Positions 19,419-28,975 of a stretch of 64,000 bases of DNA are shown here, in pieces. The notes below the pieces were generated by a model that was not told the origin of the DNA, did no database searches, and was given only the letters and a program-made list of their open reading frames with translations. A program made the position numbers and the translations under genes. Source of the DNA: Rubripirellula sp. (GTDB lineage: Bacteria > Planctomycetota > Planctomycetia > Pirellulales > Pirellulaceae); the NCBI GenBank assembly GCA_965216875.1, contig OZ244207.1, positions 5,216,001 to 5,280,000 of the forward strand, in the 5' to 3' direction. How positions within the stretch are numbered: position 1 is the first letter of the stretch; each line of letters opens with the position of its first letter.

Positions 19419-21431
19419 ATGAAATCGAGATCATCGATTTGGACGTGTACTGGCATGGGGCTCGTCTGGAGCCTGTTGGCCGTCACCGTGATGAGCAGCT
19501 TTTCTGCCGCTGCAGAGAGTGATTCGAAAACCAAAAAATCGGACCAACTGCAATCACCAACTCACCGGCAAGTCCGGATGATCACGCCCAAGGTGAAGGG
19601 TAATCCGGTCGAACTGCATACCATGGCAACCAATGCCGATGGGTTGATCGTGGCCGGCGTTTCATCGGGCTCGCAGGGCATGGTGCTGTTGATCGATTCC
19701 GAAGGCGAAACCAAATCCCAGTGGAACCTCGAGTTGACTCCAACCGGCGTCACCGTCGCGCCGGACGGAACCATCTTTGTTGCGGGCAGTGGCCGAATTG
19801 CTGAACTTGGCCAAGACGGCGAAGTTACAAAGATGATCGATTCGCCTCACGTCGGTGACATTGACGAACTCAAAAAGAAGACGGCCGACGCGATTCGTCA
19901 AAGCCGCAAACAGATGAGCGCATCGTTCGGAAAGCAGATTGAAATGCTGAAAGAACGGATTGCCGACATCGAAAAGAAAGAGGAAGCCGATCGCAGCAAG
20001 CTCGAGACGGCCCAGCTTGACGCGTTCGAGCAACAACTCGAGATGATCGAAGCCTATGCGGCACCCGAAGACGCTGACATTCCGGACGAGTATTTGAATT
20101 CAGCGATTCAACAGTCGTTGAACGTCACGTCGATGGCTGCTTCGGACAAGGATGTCTTCTTGTGTGCGATGGATCCTGGCGGTGGCGGCTATTCCGTATG
20201 GCGAGTTGGCCGAGACCTCGACACCGAATCGGCAGAGATGATCATGGACGGCCTGCGCGGTTGCTGCGGCCAAATGGACATTCAATGCTGCAACGGGCAA
20301 CTTGTCGTCAGTGAAAACACCAACTTCAAAATTGCAGTCTACGATCGCAACGGACGAGCCCAAAACACCTTTGGTCGTCGTGACCGAACCAGTCGAGGCG
20401 GTTTCGGAAGCTGTTGCAATCCAATGAACTCACTTCCCATGGCCGATGGCACCGTCCTGACGGCCGAGTCGTCGATTGGACACATCAAACGATTTGACAT
20501 GGACGGCAACCTCGTCGCGTATATCGGAAAAGCATCGATTGGCGGTGGCTGCAAACACTGTGCACTTGGGTACGACGAAGAAAATGACTTGTACTACATG
20601 ATGTACGAAGACAAGAACGCAATCTGCGTGCTTGCCAACAACGCTGACACTCCGATGTCGGTTGCCGAACAAGAACTCGAACAACGTCGCATCGACTTTC
20701 TGGCGCAAGCGGCTGGCAAATGGGATGTGGACGAAGGCAAGGCGGACGAAAGTTCGACCGGCGGTCTGTTGAGTCTGTTCGGTGGTGGTCGCGGTGGGTC
20801 ATCACAACACCCCGTGACATCACTGCAAATCGAATCCAATGGCAACGCCAAAATCCTCGACGGGATGTACAAGGCTTACGGTGATGTCGCCGGCCTTGAA
20901 TTGATGCAATCGGATTCGGAAGAGGAATTCGCTTTCGCACTGGCAATCGACCAAGTCCGCTTCCTCGAAGGCACTTGGAAGTTTGAAAGTGATGATTCGG
21001 CAACGGTCTCGTTCCAGGGTCTCACCAGCGTGAAGATGAAACGTGACGCTGCAGCAGACAAGAAGTGTGCCGGCGCAAACTGCAACGACGAAAAATGCGC
21101 CGACGAGGATTGTCCCAATCACAACAAACCTGCCGAAGCGGATGTCGCGGACATTGTCGTCGCCATCGACTCGGTCGAAGAGGCGATGGAGGATTTCGAC
21201 GGCTCGTTTGACCAAGCCTACGAGTTCTCCTCGACCGCTTTGACGCCCAAGTTTGAATACAAACTGGTCGGCAGCGGAAAACTTGGCGACGAGCCCGAAT
21301 CCGCACTCAATGAGCTTGGTGCCGATGGCTGGGAATACTGCGGCCGCTTGGGCAAAAAACTGATGTTCAAACGTGCCGTTTATGAAACCGGCGCATTGCT
21401 CGGCCTTACCGATCTTTCAGTCGAAGAATGA
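19419..21431 (+). CDS. Secreted Cys-motif NHL/6-bladed propeller-like protein with coiled-coil insert and C-terminal DUF4177-like motif
   Basis: Signal peptide; PTGVTVAPDGTIFVAG; GCCGQMD, SCCNP, GGCKHC; C-terminal FEYK...LNELGADGWEY. Confidence 0.6.
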   Translation: MKSRSSIWTCTGMGLVWSLLAVTVMSSFSAAAESDSKTKKSDQLQSPTHRQVRMITPKVKGNPVELHTMATNADGLIVAGVSSGSQGMVLLIDSEGETKSQWNLELTPTGVTVAPDGTIFVAGSGRIAELGQDGEVTKMIDSPHVGDIDELKKKTADAIRQSRKQMSASFGKQIEMLKERIADIEKKEEADRSKLETAQLDAFEQQLEMIEAYAAPEDADIPDEYLNSAIQQSLNVTSMAASDKDVFLCAMDPGGGGYSVWRVGRDLDTESAEMIMDGLRGCCGQMDIQCCNGQLVVSENTNFKIAVYDRNGRAQNTFGRRDRTSRGGFGSCCNPMNSLPMADGTVLTAESSIGHIKRFDMDGNLVAYIGKASIGGGCKHCALGYDEENDLYYMMYEDKNAICVLANNADTPMSVAEQELEQRRIDFLAQAAGKWDVDEGKADESSTGGLLSLFGGGRGGSSQHPVTSLQIESNGNAKILDGMYKAYGDVAGLELMQSDSEEEFAFALAIDQVRFLEGTWKFESDDSATVSFQGLTSVKMKRDAAADKKCAGANCNDEKCADEDCPNHNKPAEADVADIVVAIDSVEEAMEDFDGSFDQAYEFSSTALTPKFEYKLVGSGKLGDEPESALNELGADGWEYCGRLGKKLMFKRAVYETGALLGLTDLSVEE

Positions 21432-22297
21432 TGCGAACGTTCGCCAGTCTTTTCGCCGCGATCGCGATGATCGCGGCGTCCGTCCCCGCATTCGCTGACC
21501 CGTTTGTCTTGGTGGTCATGGACCCATTAAGCAAGCCACTGTCATGCGATTGTGTTCAAGGATACGCCCAGCGCGAGTACAAACTACTCGGCAAACACCT
21601 CGAGGCTGAATTAGGTCGCGAAGTAAAAGTCGTTTGGTATGAGTCGCTTGCCGAAGCACTCGATGAAACCGATGGCCACGCTGACTTGGTGATCGGAAAA
21701 CACTCGGTCGTGTTGGCCGATGAGAAATCGACGGGACATCAAGTCAAACCGATTGCTCGCTTGACGGGCAAGGATGGGGAAGTCGATCAAAAAGGTCTGA
21801 TCGTCGTTCGCCGAGAGGATTCGGCAACGTCACTGAGCGACTTGCAGGACTATCGAATTCTGTTTGGCCCAACCGACGCCGAAGAGAAATCATCGGCACC
21901 CGAGGCCGCTCTTGTCGCCGCCGGTATCGAGCTCTCGAAGAAACGAGAACGATTCGGAGCATGCAGCGAGGCGGCGACTGCATTGTTGAAACTGCCCGCG
22001 GACACCGACGCGGCTGCAGTGATCAGCAGTTATGCCGAACCACTGCTCGAAGGCTGTGGTTCGATCAAGAAAGGGGATCTTCGGGTTGTTGGCGAAACGC
22101 AGCCCGTTCCGTTCATCACCGCGTTTGTCGCCGAGGACATGCCGAGCGACCTTTGTGCTCAAGTTGAAATCGCATTGGTAAAGGCTGGCACGAAACCAGA
22201 GTTGCTGCTCGGCCTGGAAACACTTGCCGGGTTCCTAACTTGGGAAACCAGCAAGCCAGCACCAAAAAAAAAAGTGACCACAGCAAACCTTCGATAA
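21428..22297 (+). CDS. PhnD/phosphonate-type periplasmic substrate-binding protein with CxC motif
   Basis: Signal peptide; LSCDCVQGYAQR, LEAELGREV, GLIVVR, LRVVGET. Ends PKKKVTTANLR across an A10 run. Confidence 0.7.
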   Translation: MMRTFASLFAAIAMIAASVPAFADPFVLVVMDPLSKPLSCDCVQGYAQREYKLLGKHLEAELGREVKVVWYESLAEALDETDGHADLVIGKHSVVLADEKSTGHQVKPIARLTGKDGEVDQKGLIVVRREDSATSLSDLQDYRILFGPTDAEEKSSAPEAALVAAGIELSKKRERFGACSEAATALLKLPADTDAAAVISSYAEPLLEGCGSIKKGDLRVVGETQPVPFITAFVAEDMPSDLCAQVEIALVKAGTKPELLLGLETLAGFLTWETSKPAPKKKVTTANLR

Positions 22298-23442
22298 CCA
22301 ACGCTGCGGATTGGTCTCAGTTTCGTGGCTCGGATCGATCGGGCCGTGTCGCGCATCTTCCTGACCGACTTCCGACCGAACAGGACTTGGTTTGGGAAGT
22401 TACCTTGCCAAGCCCCGGCGTTGGTGGCCTGATGGTTGCCGATGGAATGGTCATTGTCAGCGGCCGTGATGCTACCGATCGCAAAGACCGATTCACTGCA
22501 TTCGACCTGCAATCGGGCGACCAACGTTGGGTGTTTCAATACGATGCTCCAACCGACCTCGACTATGGCAACACACCGCGAGCAACACCGGTTTGGGTCG
22601 ACGGTTTGTTGATCACACTTGGTGCCACCGGAATGCTGTCGGGGTTGGATGGACAATCGGGGGTGCCGCTTTGGCGGATTGATTTGGCACAAGAATTTGC
22701 TGCCTCCGTGCCAACCTGGGGATTCAGTGCGTCGCCGCTTGTCGTCGGCGATCACCTCTTTGTACAAGTCTCAGGCGATGCCTCCCTGGTCGCGATCGAC
22801 ATGATCAACGGCCAGACCCAATGGCAGGTCAAGGGCGCCGAACCGGCGTACGCTTCGATGATGTTGGACATCGACGGCAAGACGATCCTTGGCGTCGACC
22901 AAGACGGCTACTTCGCACGTTCGAGCAAAGGCGGCGAGTTGCTTTGGTCACTCGAACCAGAGATTTCGGGTGACTTCGGCGTCCCGTCTCCAGTCGTCTT
23001 CGATGCAGGTGTGGTGTTCACTGGCGAAAACAACGGCGTTCAATTGATTGGCCGACAGGGCGATTCGTTAGCGAAATCCCGCGCGGCTCTGAACGACCTT
23101 TTGATTCCTGATTCACACACCCCGGTTTTGGTCGACGAGACACTTCTTGTCGCTTACGACGGTTTGCACGGACTCGATGTCACCGACGACTTGGCAGAGC
23201 GTTGGTCGATTGGCGAGTCGATCATCACGACCTATGCATCCATCATTGCATCGCCAAATCGTGTACTCGTGATGACCGAGGAAGGGGTATTGGCTCTCTT
23301 CGAATTTGACGACCACAAAGCGAAGTTGCTCGACAAACAAACCATCGCCTCGTCCAAATCGGCTGTCCTGTCGCACCCCGTCGTGGTCGGTGATCGGCTT
23401 CTGGTTCGACTTGGCAACGTGGTCCGTTGTTTCAGGCTGTAG
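22240..23442 (+). CDS. PQQ-like (BamB-type) beta-propeller; no own signal peptide, possibly reached by frameshift
   Basis: DWSQFRG, PRATP, WGFSASPLV, repeated G...W blades. Overlaps the upstream ORF by 58 nt in the -1 frame. Confidence 0.75.
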   Translation: MGNQQASTKKKSDHSKPSITNAADWSQFRGSDRSGRVAHLPDRLPTEQDLVWEVTLPSPGVGGLMVADGMVIVSGRDATDRKDRFTAFDLQSGDQRWVFQYDAPTDLDYGNTPRATPVWVDGLLITLGATGMLSGLDGQSGVPLWRIDLAQEFAASVPTWGFSASPLVVGDHLFVQVSGDASLVAIDMINGQTQWQVKGAEPAYASMMLDIDGKTILGVDQDGYFARSSKGGELLWSLEPEISGDFGVPSPVVFDAGVVFTGENNGVQLIGRQGDSLAKSRAALNDLLIPDSHTPVLVDETLLVAYDGLHGLDVTDDLAERWSIGESIITTYASIIASPNRVLVMTEEGVLALFEFDDHKAKLLDKQTIASSKSAVLSHPVVVGDRLLVRLGNVVRCFRL

Positions 23443-23464
23443 CAGATTGGGCCTTTGATTCCGT

Positions 23465-24862
23465 ATGAAGTTACCAACCCGCTACCCACTGATCCAAGAT
23501 CTCGGCTACCCCGATGGCGTGCCCGAAGCACGCCGCCGCTGGGTTGCTGATGCCAAAATGCGTCGACGTTGGCAACATCTCGGCCCCATCATTGCTGCGC
23601 TCGTGGTCACGATGACGTTTTCGATGTTTGGCGTCCTGCCATGGGCTCTTCGACGTGTTGCATCGCCGCAACAACTGGCCAACCAGCTCAATGCGCCGAT
23701 GCCAATGGGCAACGCTCATCTCGGCGCCGAGTATTACAACATCGCTTCGGCGATGGTCGACGGTCGCGGGTTTGCAGACCCTTTTGTGATCGAAACGGGT
23801 CCTACCGCGTGGATGCCACCGCTGCTGGTTTGGCTGCAAGCCGCTCTCATCTCCGTGCTTGGTGGCGATCGTTTTCTTGTCATGCTTGCGGTGGTCTTAT
23901 TGAAAACGATCGTGCTGGCAAGCTGCGCGGTCCTGATCGTTCGACAAGGCAATCGATCGCTCACAGGCTGGGCAGCCTTTGGCGTGATCTGCCTGTACTT
24001 CGTCTCCGAGCACCATGACTGTTTCGCATTCACTCATGACAGTTGGCTGATTCTTGGATCAGTCACCGGTACCCTTTGTGGGTTGGTCTGGGTCGATGGC
24101 AACCTTCGCCGTGGAACCTGGACGCTCGGCAAAACGATCGCTTGGGGATGTTTCGGCGGAATCGTCGCGTTGTCGAGTCCTGTGGCCGGTTTCGCCTGGG
24201 CCGTCGGCACGACCTGTTGCATGTCAGTTCGCGCGCCGAAGGCTTGGATCGCAGCAGGGATCATTTCGATGGCTGTGATTACACCATGGGGGATTCGAAA
24301 CAAGGTCGTGCTGGGAAAATTCGTCCCGATCAAAAGCAACGTCTTTTTCGAGTTTGATCAATCGATGGCCGTTGATAACGACGGCCTGCTTGATTGGTCC
24401 ACCTTTGCAACGCACCCTTACCACGAGAATGCCGAACGCAAGAAATATGCACAGATGGGTGAGATCGCCTACTTGGAAACGAAGAAGGAACGGTTCTTTG
24501 ACCAAGTCGCCGCCAACCCTCGTAAGTACGCCAATCGCGTTAGCCTTCGACTGTTTGCAACAACCGTCTTGCCGATTGGATTCAGTGGCTACAAACAGGG
24601 CAGTTGTTCGCTTCCGCTGCGTTGGTTGATCTACCCACTGCCACTGATCGCAATCATCGTTTTGGTCGGGTTCTGTCGGCCGCTGACACCGATCCAAAAG
24701 TGGGCGATCGTTCTGTACGCCGCGTATCTATTTCCTTACGTCCTTTGTTCCTACTATCCGCGGTACGGCTTCCCCCTGATCGCAATTAAGATGCTGCTCT
24801 GTTTTTGGGTGATCGAGGCGATTGTGCTCCGATCGCGTAAGTCGCAATCAGGCGTGGTATAA
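23465..24862 (+). CDS. GT-C-like multi-pass membrane protein
   Basis: EYYNIA..MVDGRGFADPF, TAWMPP, PWGIRN, FVPIKSN, PRY. Confidence 0.6.
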   Translation: MKLPTRYPLIQDLGYPDGVPEARRRWVADAKMRRRWQHLGPIIAALVVTMTFSMFGVLPWALRRVASPQQLANQLNAPMPMGNAHLGAEYYNIASAMVDGRGFADPFVIETGPTAWMPPLLVWLQAALISVLGGDRFLVMLAVVLLKTIVLASCAVLIVRQGNRSLTGWAAFGVICLYFVSEHHDCFAFTHDSWLILGSVTGTLCGLVWVDGNLRRGTWTLGKTIAWGCFGGIVALSSPVAGFAWAVGTTCCMSVRAPKAWIAAGIISMAVITPWGIRNKVVLGKFVPIKSNVFFEFDQSMAVDNDGLLDWSTFATHPYHENAERKKYAQMGEIAYLETKKERFFDQVAANPRKYANRVSLRLFATTVLPIGFSGYKQGSCSLPLRWLIYPLPLIAIIVLVGFCRPLTPIQKWAIVLYAAYLFPYVLCSYYPRYGFPLIAIKMLLCFWVIEAIVLRSRKSQSGVV

Positions 24863-24909
24863 CCTGCAAGTGATTCCTGCCAGCCAATCCTCCCGAGATC
24901 CCCGCAGCC

Positions 24910-25809
24910 ATGATGCCGTTTCGATTCGCACTCGCCCTCTGTTTCGTCACTCTGACTTCCACACTTTTTGGACAAGCACCTGAGCGGACGACATTGCCAC
25001 TCTGGCCCGATGTTCCTCCCGGAACCACTGCCAATGGCGAGGGTGATCGCCCCAGCCTGATCCTTACAAAGGTTGCTTCGGATTCGCCGACTGCCGCGGT
25101 GGTGATTCTTCCGGGTGGCGGCTACCACGGCCACGCGATGGACCACGAGGGTGTTCAATTTGCCGACTGGTTCCACTCACTTGGAATCACATCGGTCATA
25201 TGCGACTATCGATTGCGTGGCAAAGGAAACGATGGCAAGGGCTACGGCCATCCCGCTCCAATGCTCGACGCGTCACGAGCGATCCAAACGCTTCGTGCCC
25301 GCGCCGCGGAATGGAACATTGATCCCAATCGAATTGGCGTGATTGGTTTTTCGGCTGGCGGACATCTTTGCTCGACCGTCTCGACCAAGTTCGCCACAGG
25401 TGACCCCGATTCGGAGGATCCGATTGCCCGTGTTTCTTCGCGTCCCGACTTCAGCATCCTGTGCTATCCCGTGATCGCCTTTGATCAACCACACACGCAC
25501 AAAGGCAGCCAGCGCAACCTGCTCGGCAGCGATCCAACCGAAGAGTTGCTGCGGTCACTGTCAAACGAAAAGCAGGTCTCGGAAAAGACGCCACCAACGT
25601 TTCTCTTTCACACCGCTGCAGACAAGCCGGTCCCCGTGCAGAACGCGATCGACTACTTCGTTGCCTGCCAAAAACAGGGTGTTCCCGCCGAGATGCATAT
25701 CTTTCCCGAAGGCCATCATGGACTGGGGCTTGCGCAAAAGCAGGAAGGTGCCGCCCAGTGGCCGGAACTCTGCGCCAATTGGCTTCGTCGTCTGGGCATG
25801 GTCGACTAG
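24910..25809 (+). CDS. Secreted alpha/beta hydrolase (acetylxylan esterase-like)
   Basis: PGGGY, GFSAGGH, RPDFSILCYPVI, TPPTFLFH, GHHGLG. Confidence 0.88.
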   Translation: MMPFRFALALCFVTLTSTLFGQAPERTTLPLWPDVPPGTTANGEGDRPSLILTKVASDSPTAAVVILPGGGYHGHAMDHEGVQFADWFHSLGITSVICDYRLRGKGNDGKGYGHPAPMLDASRAIQTLRARAAEWNIDPNRIGVIGFSAGGHLCSTVSTKFATGDPDSEDPIARVSSRPDFSILCYPVIAFDQPHTHKGSQRNLLGSDPTEELLRSLSNEKQVSEKTPPTFLFHTAADKPVPVQNAIDYFVACQKQGVPAEMHIFPEGHHGLGLAQKQEGAAQWPELCANWLRRLGMVD

Positions 25810-25902
25810 CAGCGGGCGGGCGTTGCGGAACGAGTGGCCCACGACTCACCCGCGTTGCTCACTGTAGTAGTGCGCACCGCGTTCCCGCATCGCCGTCGAT
25901 CT

Positions 25903-27333
25903 CTAAGAAGGCTCGTCGCTCTTCGCTTCGGCAGACTTGGCCCAACGCAACGCGATGAATACCAAGACGGCCACGATCGCCGAAACGGCGAGTGCTGATG
26001 CGGCCAGCGGCACTCGTTCCAACACTAACAGGGGCAGGGCAATGGTGATGATGCCCCCGCCAACAAAAGGTGACGAAAGGGGTGCGGCCAGGGCATAGTC
26101 TTCTGCCGCACCCGATTCCAACTCCGGATCAACAACTCTTAGCAAGACGAACCCCGTCGCGGTCGTTCCAGTCGACATGCCGTAGTTGATCAGCCCAAGG
26201 GGAAACCAGTAACGCTTGGGCAGAATTCGCTTTGCCAGGACGAGCAAACAGACGCCTGCCCAAATCGCGCCGGCGACAAACAGGATGCTGAAGGGCACGA
26301 GTAGACTGGCGACAGCTTCCAAATTGAGTGACGTGATCGCCGCAACCACCAACACGTCCATTGCGGTCGCCGTGATCCGATTGACGGTCTCGCGATCCAC
26401 CGCCCGTTCATGCCCGAAAAGGGCGAGCGATTTGCGAACGATCAAGCCGCCGAACAACGCATAGATGAACAACGGAAAGTCAAGCACTTGCGATGCGGAC
26501 AACTTGCTTGAAAGCACTTCACGCGCTTCGTCGACTTGCGGATCAGCAACCAGCCACGCATCGACGCCGCCCGCAAACCACGCGACTGCCGTCTTCATCA
26601 CCACGCCGACGCCAACGGCAAGGAATAGCCAAACGAGTTGCAGCAATAGCGGGTCAATCGTTTCGCTGCCCACCTTGGCATAGCCAATCGGTGGTTCCTC
26701 GTTCGCCGGTCCCCGATCGTCGGCCATCTCGCGTTCAGCAGCAGGTTGAACCCAACCTCTACGAACGGCGAGGTTGATCCAAAAGATCCCCGTGACGACG
26801 CCATAGACCAATCCGCCAGTAGCCATCAGCGTGCCCAGGTCCATGCCGCTGGGGAAGTCAATTCCCTCACTGGCGTAGACCTTTCCCATTGCGGCTGCGG
26901 TTGAATGCCCACCAGCGAATCCTGTTTCGATCAACATGCCGATCGAATTGGGGACGTCGAAATAGGGTTTGATCAGTAACCAGGTTGCAACAAGCCCGAC
27001 AGCTGTCTGACCAAGAACGATGATCCACACCATCAAGCCTTGTCGCCCGACTTGTCCCACGCTGTCTCGCATCGGGCTCGGCTTTCGTTCGAGCAACATG
27101 CCGGCGAAAACAAACGCGATCAGCACTTTAGGCCACTCGCGCAGCGTGCCTGTTATCTCGGTCAGCGAGGTTTGAACGTTCTCGGGATAGTAGCCGATGC
27201 CTTGAACGACAAGTAAACCGATTCCACCAGCGATCACCGAGGCAGGGATGTACAGCCAATGAAAAACGCGAAACTGCAGCCGCAAGATGACTCCGGCGAG
27301 CAACAACACCGCGACGAAAAGCAAAGCTGACAT
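25903..27333 (-). CDS. Sodium/glutamate symporter family (GltS-like)
   Basis: IPASVIAG, GFAGGHSTAAA, YGMSTGT, LLRVVDP; multi-TM. Confidence 0.82.
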   Translation of the reverse strand: MSALLFVAVLLLAGVILRLQFRVFHWLYIPASVIAGGIGLLVVQGIGYYPENVQTSLTEITGTLREWPKVLIAFVFAGMLLERKPSPMRDSVGQVGRQGLMVWIIVLGQTAVGLVATWLLIKPYFDVPNSIGMLIETGFAGGHSTAAAMGKVYASEGIDFPSGMDLGTLMATGGLVYGVVTGIFWINLAVRRGWVQPAAEREMADDRGPANEEPPIGYAKVGSETIDPLLLQLVWLFLAVGVGVVMKTAVAWFAGGVDAWLVADPQVDEAREVLSSKLSASQVLDFPLFIYALFGGLIVRKSLALFGHERAVDRETVNRITATAMDVLVVAAITSLNLEAVASLLVPFSILFVAGAIWAGVCLLVLAKRILPKRYWFPLGLINYGMSTGTTATGFVLLRVVDPELESGAAEDYALAAPLSSPFVGGGIITIALPLLVLERVPLAASALAVSAIVAVLVFIALRWAKSAEAKSDEPS

Positions 27334-27453
27334 AGGCAACCAGCACCCAAAAAAATCACGACAGCGGATTCAAACAGCACGTGATGTTACTTTGCCAGAC
27401 CGTTGCTGGTCACTGTGGGGTGCGAAACAGAGCTGCCCAGGCCGTGATTTCCA

Positions 27454-27653
27454 CGTGAGCCGCGATCGACGATCAGCCGCAACACCATAGCGTGCGGTTC
27501 CCGTCGTCGGGCAATCGTCGTAACCGCGAGCTATTGTGTTGCGGCTCGTGAGCCGAATGCGCTAGCGTCGGGCCTTGAACGCTACACGGTATACGAACGC
27601 CTGTCATGCAGAGCATGACCTACGACGCTGCTTTTGCGGAGCGAAAGGCGACT
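27454..27653. repeat. Mosaic REP-like cluster
   Basis: agccgcaacaccatagc...gctattgtgttgcggct palindrome; gtgagccgaatgcgctagcgtcgggcc; gtcatgcagagcatgacctac (forward copy at 31753). Confidence 0.75.
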
Positions 27654-27686
27654 CTAAGCAATCTCAGCTAGAGGTGATTGCTTTCT

Positions 27687-28376
27687 CTATGCGGTTGCGA
27701 ACAGACGGCCGCGGCTCCGCTGTTCCGACTTGGCCTCGGTGCCGGTGAATCCACCGTTGACCGGTTCTTGCTCGATCGACTTGAGTGTTGTCGCAAACGT
27801 TTCACCCGATTTCCCAAGACAGCTGGCCGTTAGTGCGCGGACTTCTTCGGGATCGGTGATTTCGGAGAGAGGATGAATCCCAGTGGCGGTTTTTGCCAGC
27901 ACGAGAATTCGATTCCCGCATCGCAACATCGTCACGGTGGTTCGGCCGTCGAGTGATGTGCTGCCGAGACTTTGCATCACTTCGCGCGGAATCGCTCCAC
28001 CACCTCCAACACCTTTGCTGCCGAACTTCCGCGTCGCCCAGACGAGCGCCGCGAATAGGCCAAGCACAACGGCGAGGCTTGAAGTCACCGTCACGAGTGG
28101 CCCGGTAGTCGATTCCTTTTCAGGACGTGTCTCGTCTGCGGTCTCATTCAGTCCGCCTGTCGCAAGACTGGGGAATTCGGCAGCGTCCAGCGAGGTATGG
28201 TTCGATTGCGTATCGTTTTGAGCAAGTAGCGGTGTCGACTGGCCGGTGTACGGTTCCGAAATCACCGTCGGTTGTTTGACCCAGCGCGTGGGTTCGGTAC
28301 TCGGTTGCTGTGCGGTGGCGGTCGCGAAACAACAGACGGACGCGACAAAGGTTGAGATTACGGCGGACGACTTCAT
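27687..28376 (-). CDS. fliO: Flagellar export accessory protein FliO
   Basis: Single TM (SSLAVVLGLFAALVW), then LRCGNRILVL and LSEITDPEEV. Lies after fliN. Confidence 0.75.
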   Translation of the reverse strand: MKSSAVISTFVASVCCFATATAQQPSTEPTRWVKQPTVISEPYTGQSTPLLAQNDTQSNHTSLDAAEFPSLATGGLNETADETRPEKESTTGPLVTVTSSLAVVLGLFAALVWATRKFGSKGVGGGGAIPREVMQSLGSTSLDGRTTVTMLRCGNRILVLAKTATGIHPLSEITDPEEVRALTASCLGKSGETFATTLKSIEQEPVNGGFTGTEAKSEQRSRGRLFATA

Positions 28377-28393
28377 GTTTGCACCTTTCGTTT

Positions 28394-28450
28394 GGTGACA
28401 GCTCAAGCTCCTGGTGACAGCTTAGGCCCCAGGTGACAACTCAGGCTCCG
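28394..28450. repeat. 19-bp tandem repeat x3 overlapping the fliN stop codon
   Basis: ggtgaca at 28394, 28413 and 28432; units ggtgacagctcaagctcct / ggtgacagcttaggcccca / ggtgacaactcaggctccg. Confidence 0.75.
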
Positions 28451-28920
28451 ACCAATTCCGTCACACGAATGCAGAAGTTGTCATTCATCACCAACACTTC
28501 GCCGCGTGCGATGAGTCGTCCGTTGACGAACACATCGACGGGGTCACCTGCAAGTTTGTCGAGCGCGACGACGGAACCACCTCGAAGCTGCAACACTTCA
28601 TCCAGTCGCATTTCGGTGCGTCCTAGCTCGATCCGCAAATCCATTTCGACTTCGCCCAGGAGGTCGATGGGTTGGCGTTCGGCAGATTCCGATTCGGGTG
28701 TCAGATCACCCAAACTGTAGGGAGCGGGTTCGGCCGATGTTGAGACTTCGTTCCCGGCGGCTTGATCAAGCGATGCGGAAGCTTGATCGAGCAGCTTTTC
28801 GATGTCGTCGGTATTGAGACGGCCATCCTCATCCGGCGTGATTTCGTCCGCAGCCGCATTGATTGCTGCGGCGCGTTCTTCTTCAGGCGTTTGAGTTGGT
28901 TCGTCTGGCGTATCGGCCAC
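28441..28920 (-). CDS. fliN: Flagellar motor switch protein FliN
   Basis: LRIELGRT, GSVVALDKLAGDPVDVFVNGRLIARGEV. GTG start after aggaagg. Confidence 0.92.
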   Translation of the reverse strand: MADTPDEPTQTPEEERAAAINAAADEITPDEDGRLNTDDIEKLLDQASASLDQAAGNEVSTSAEPAPYSLGDLTPESESAERQPIDLLGEVEMDLRIELGRTEMRLDEVLQLRGGSVVALDKLAGDPVDVFVNGRLIARGEVLVMNDNFCIRVTELVGA

Positions 28921-28975
28921 GAGTGACGTCCTTCCTTGGACGGAACGTTTCACGCGTGAGTTTCACGCGTTGGGT

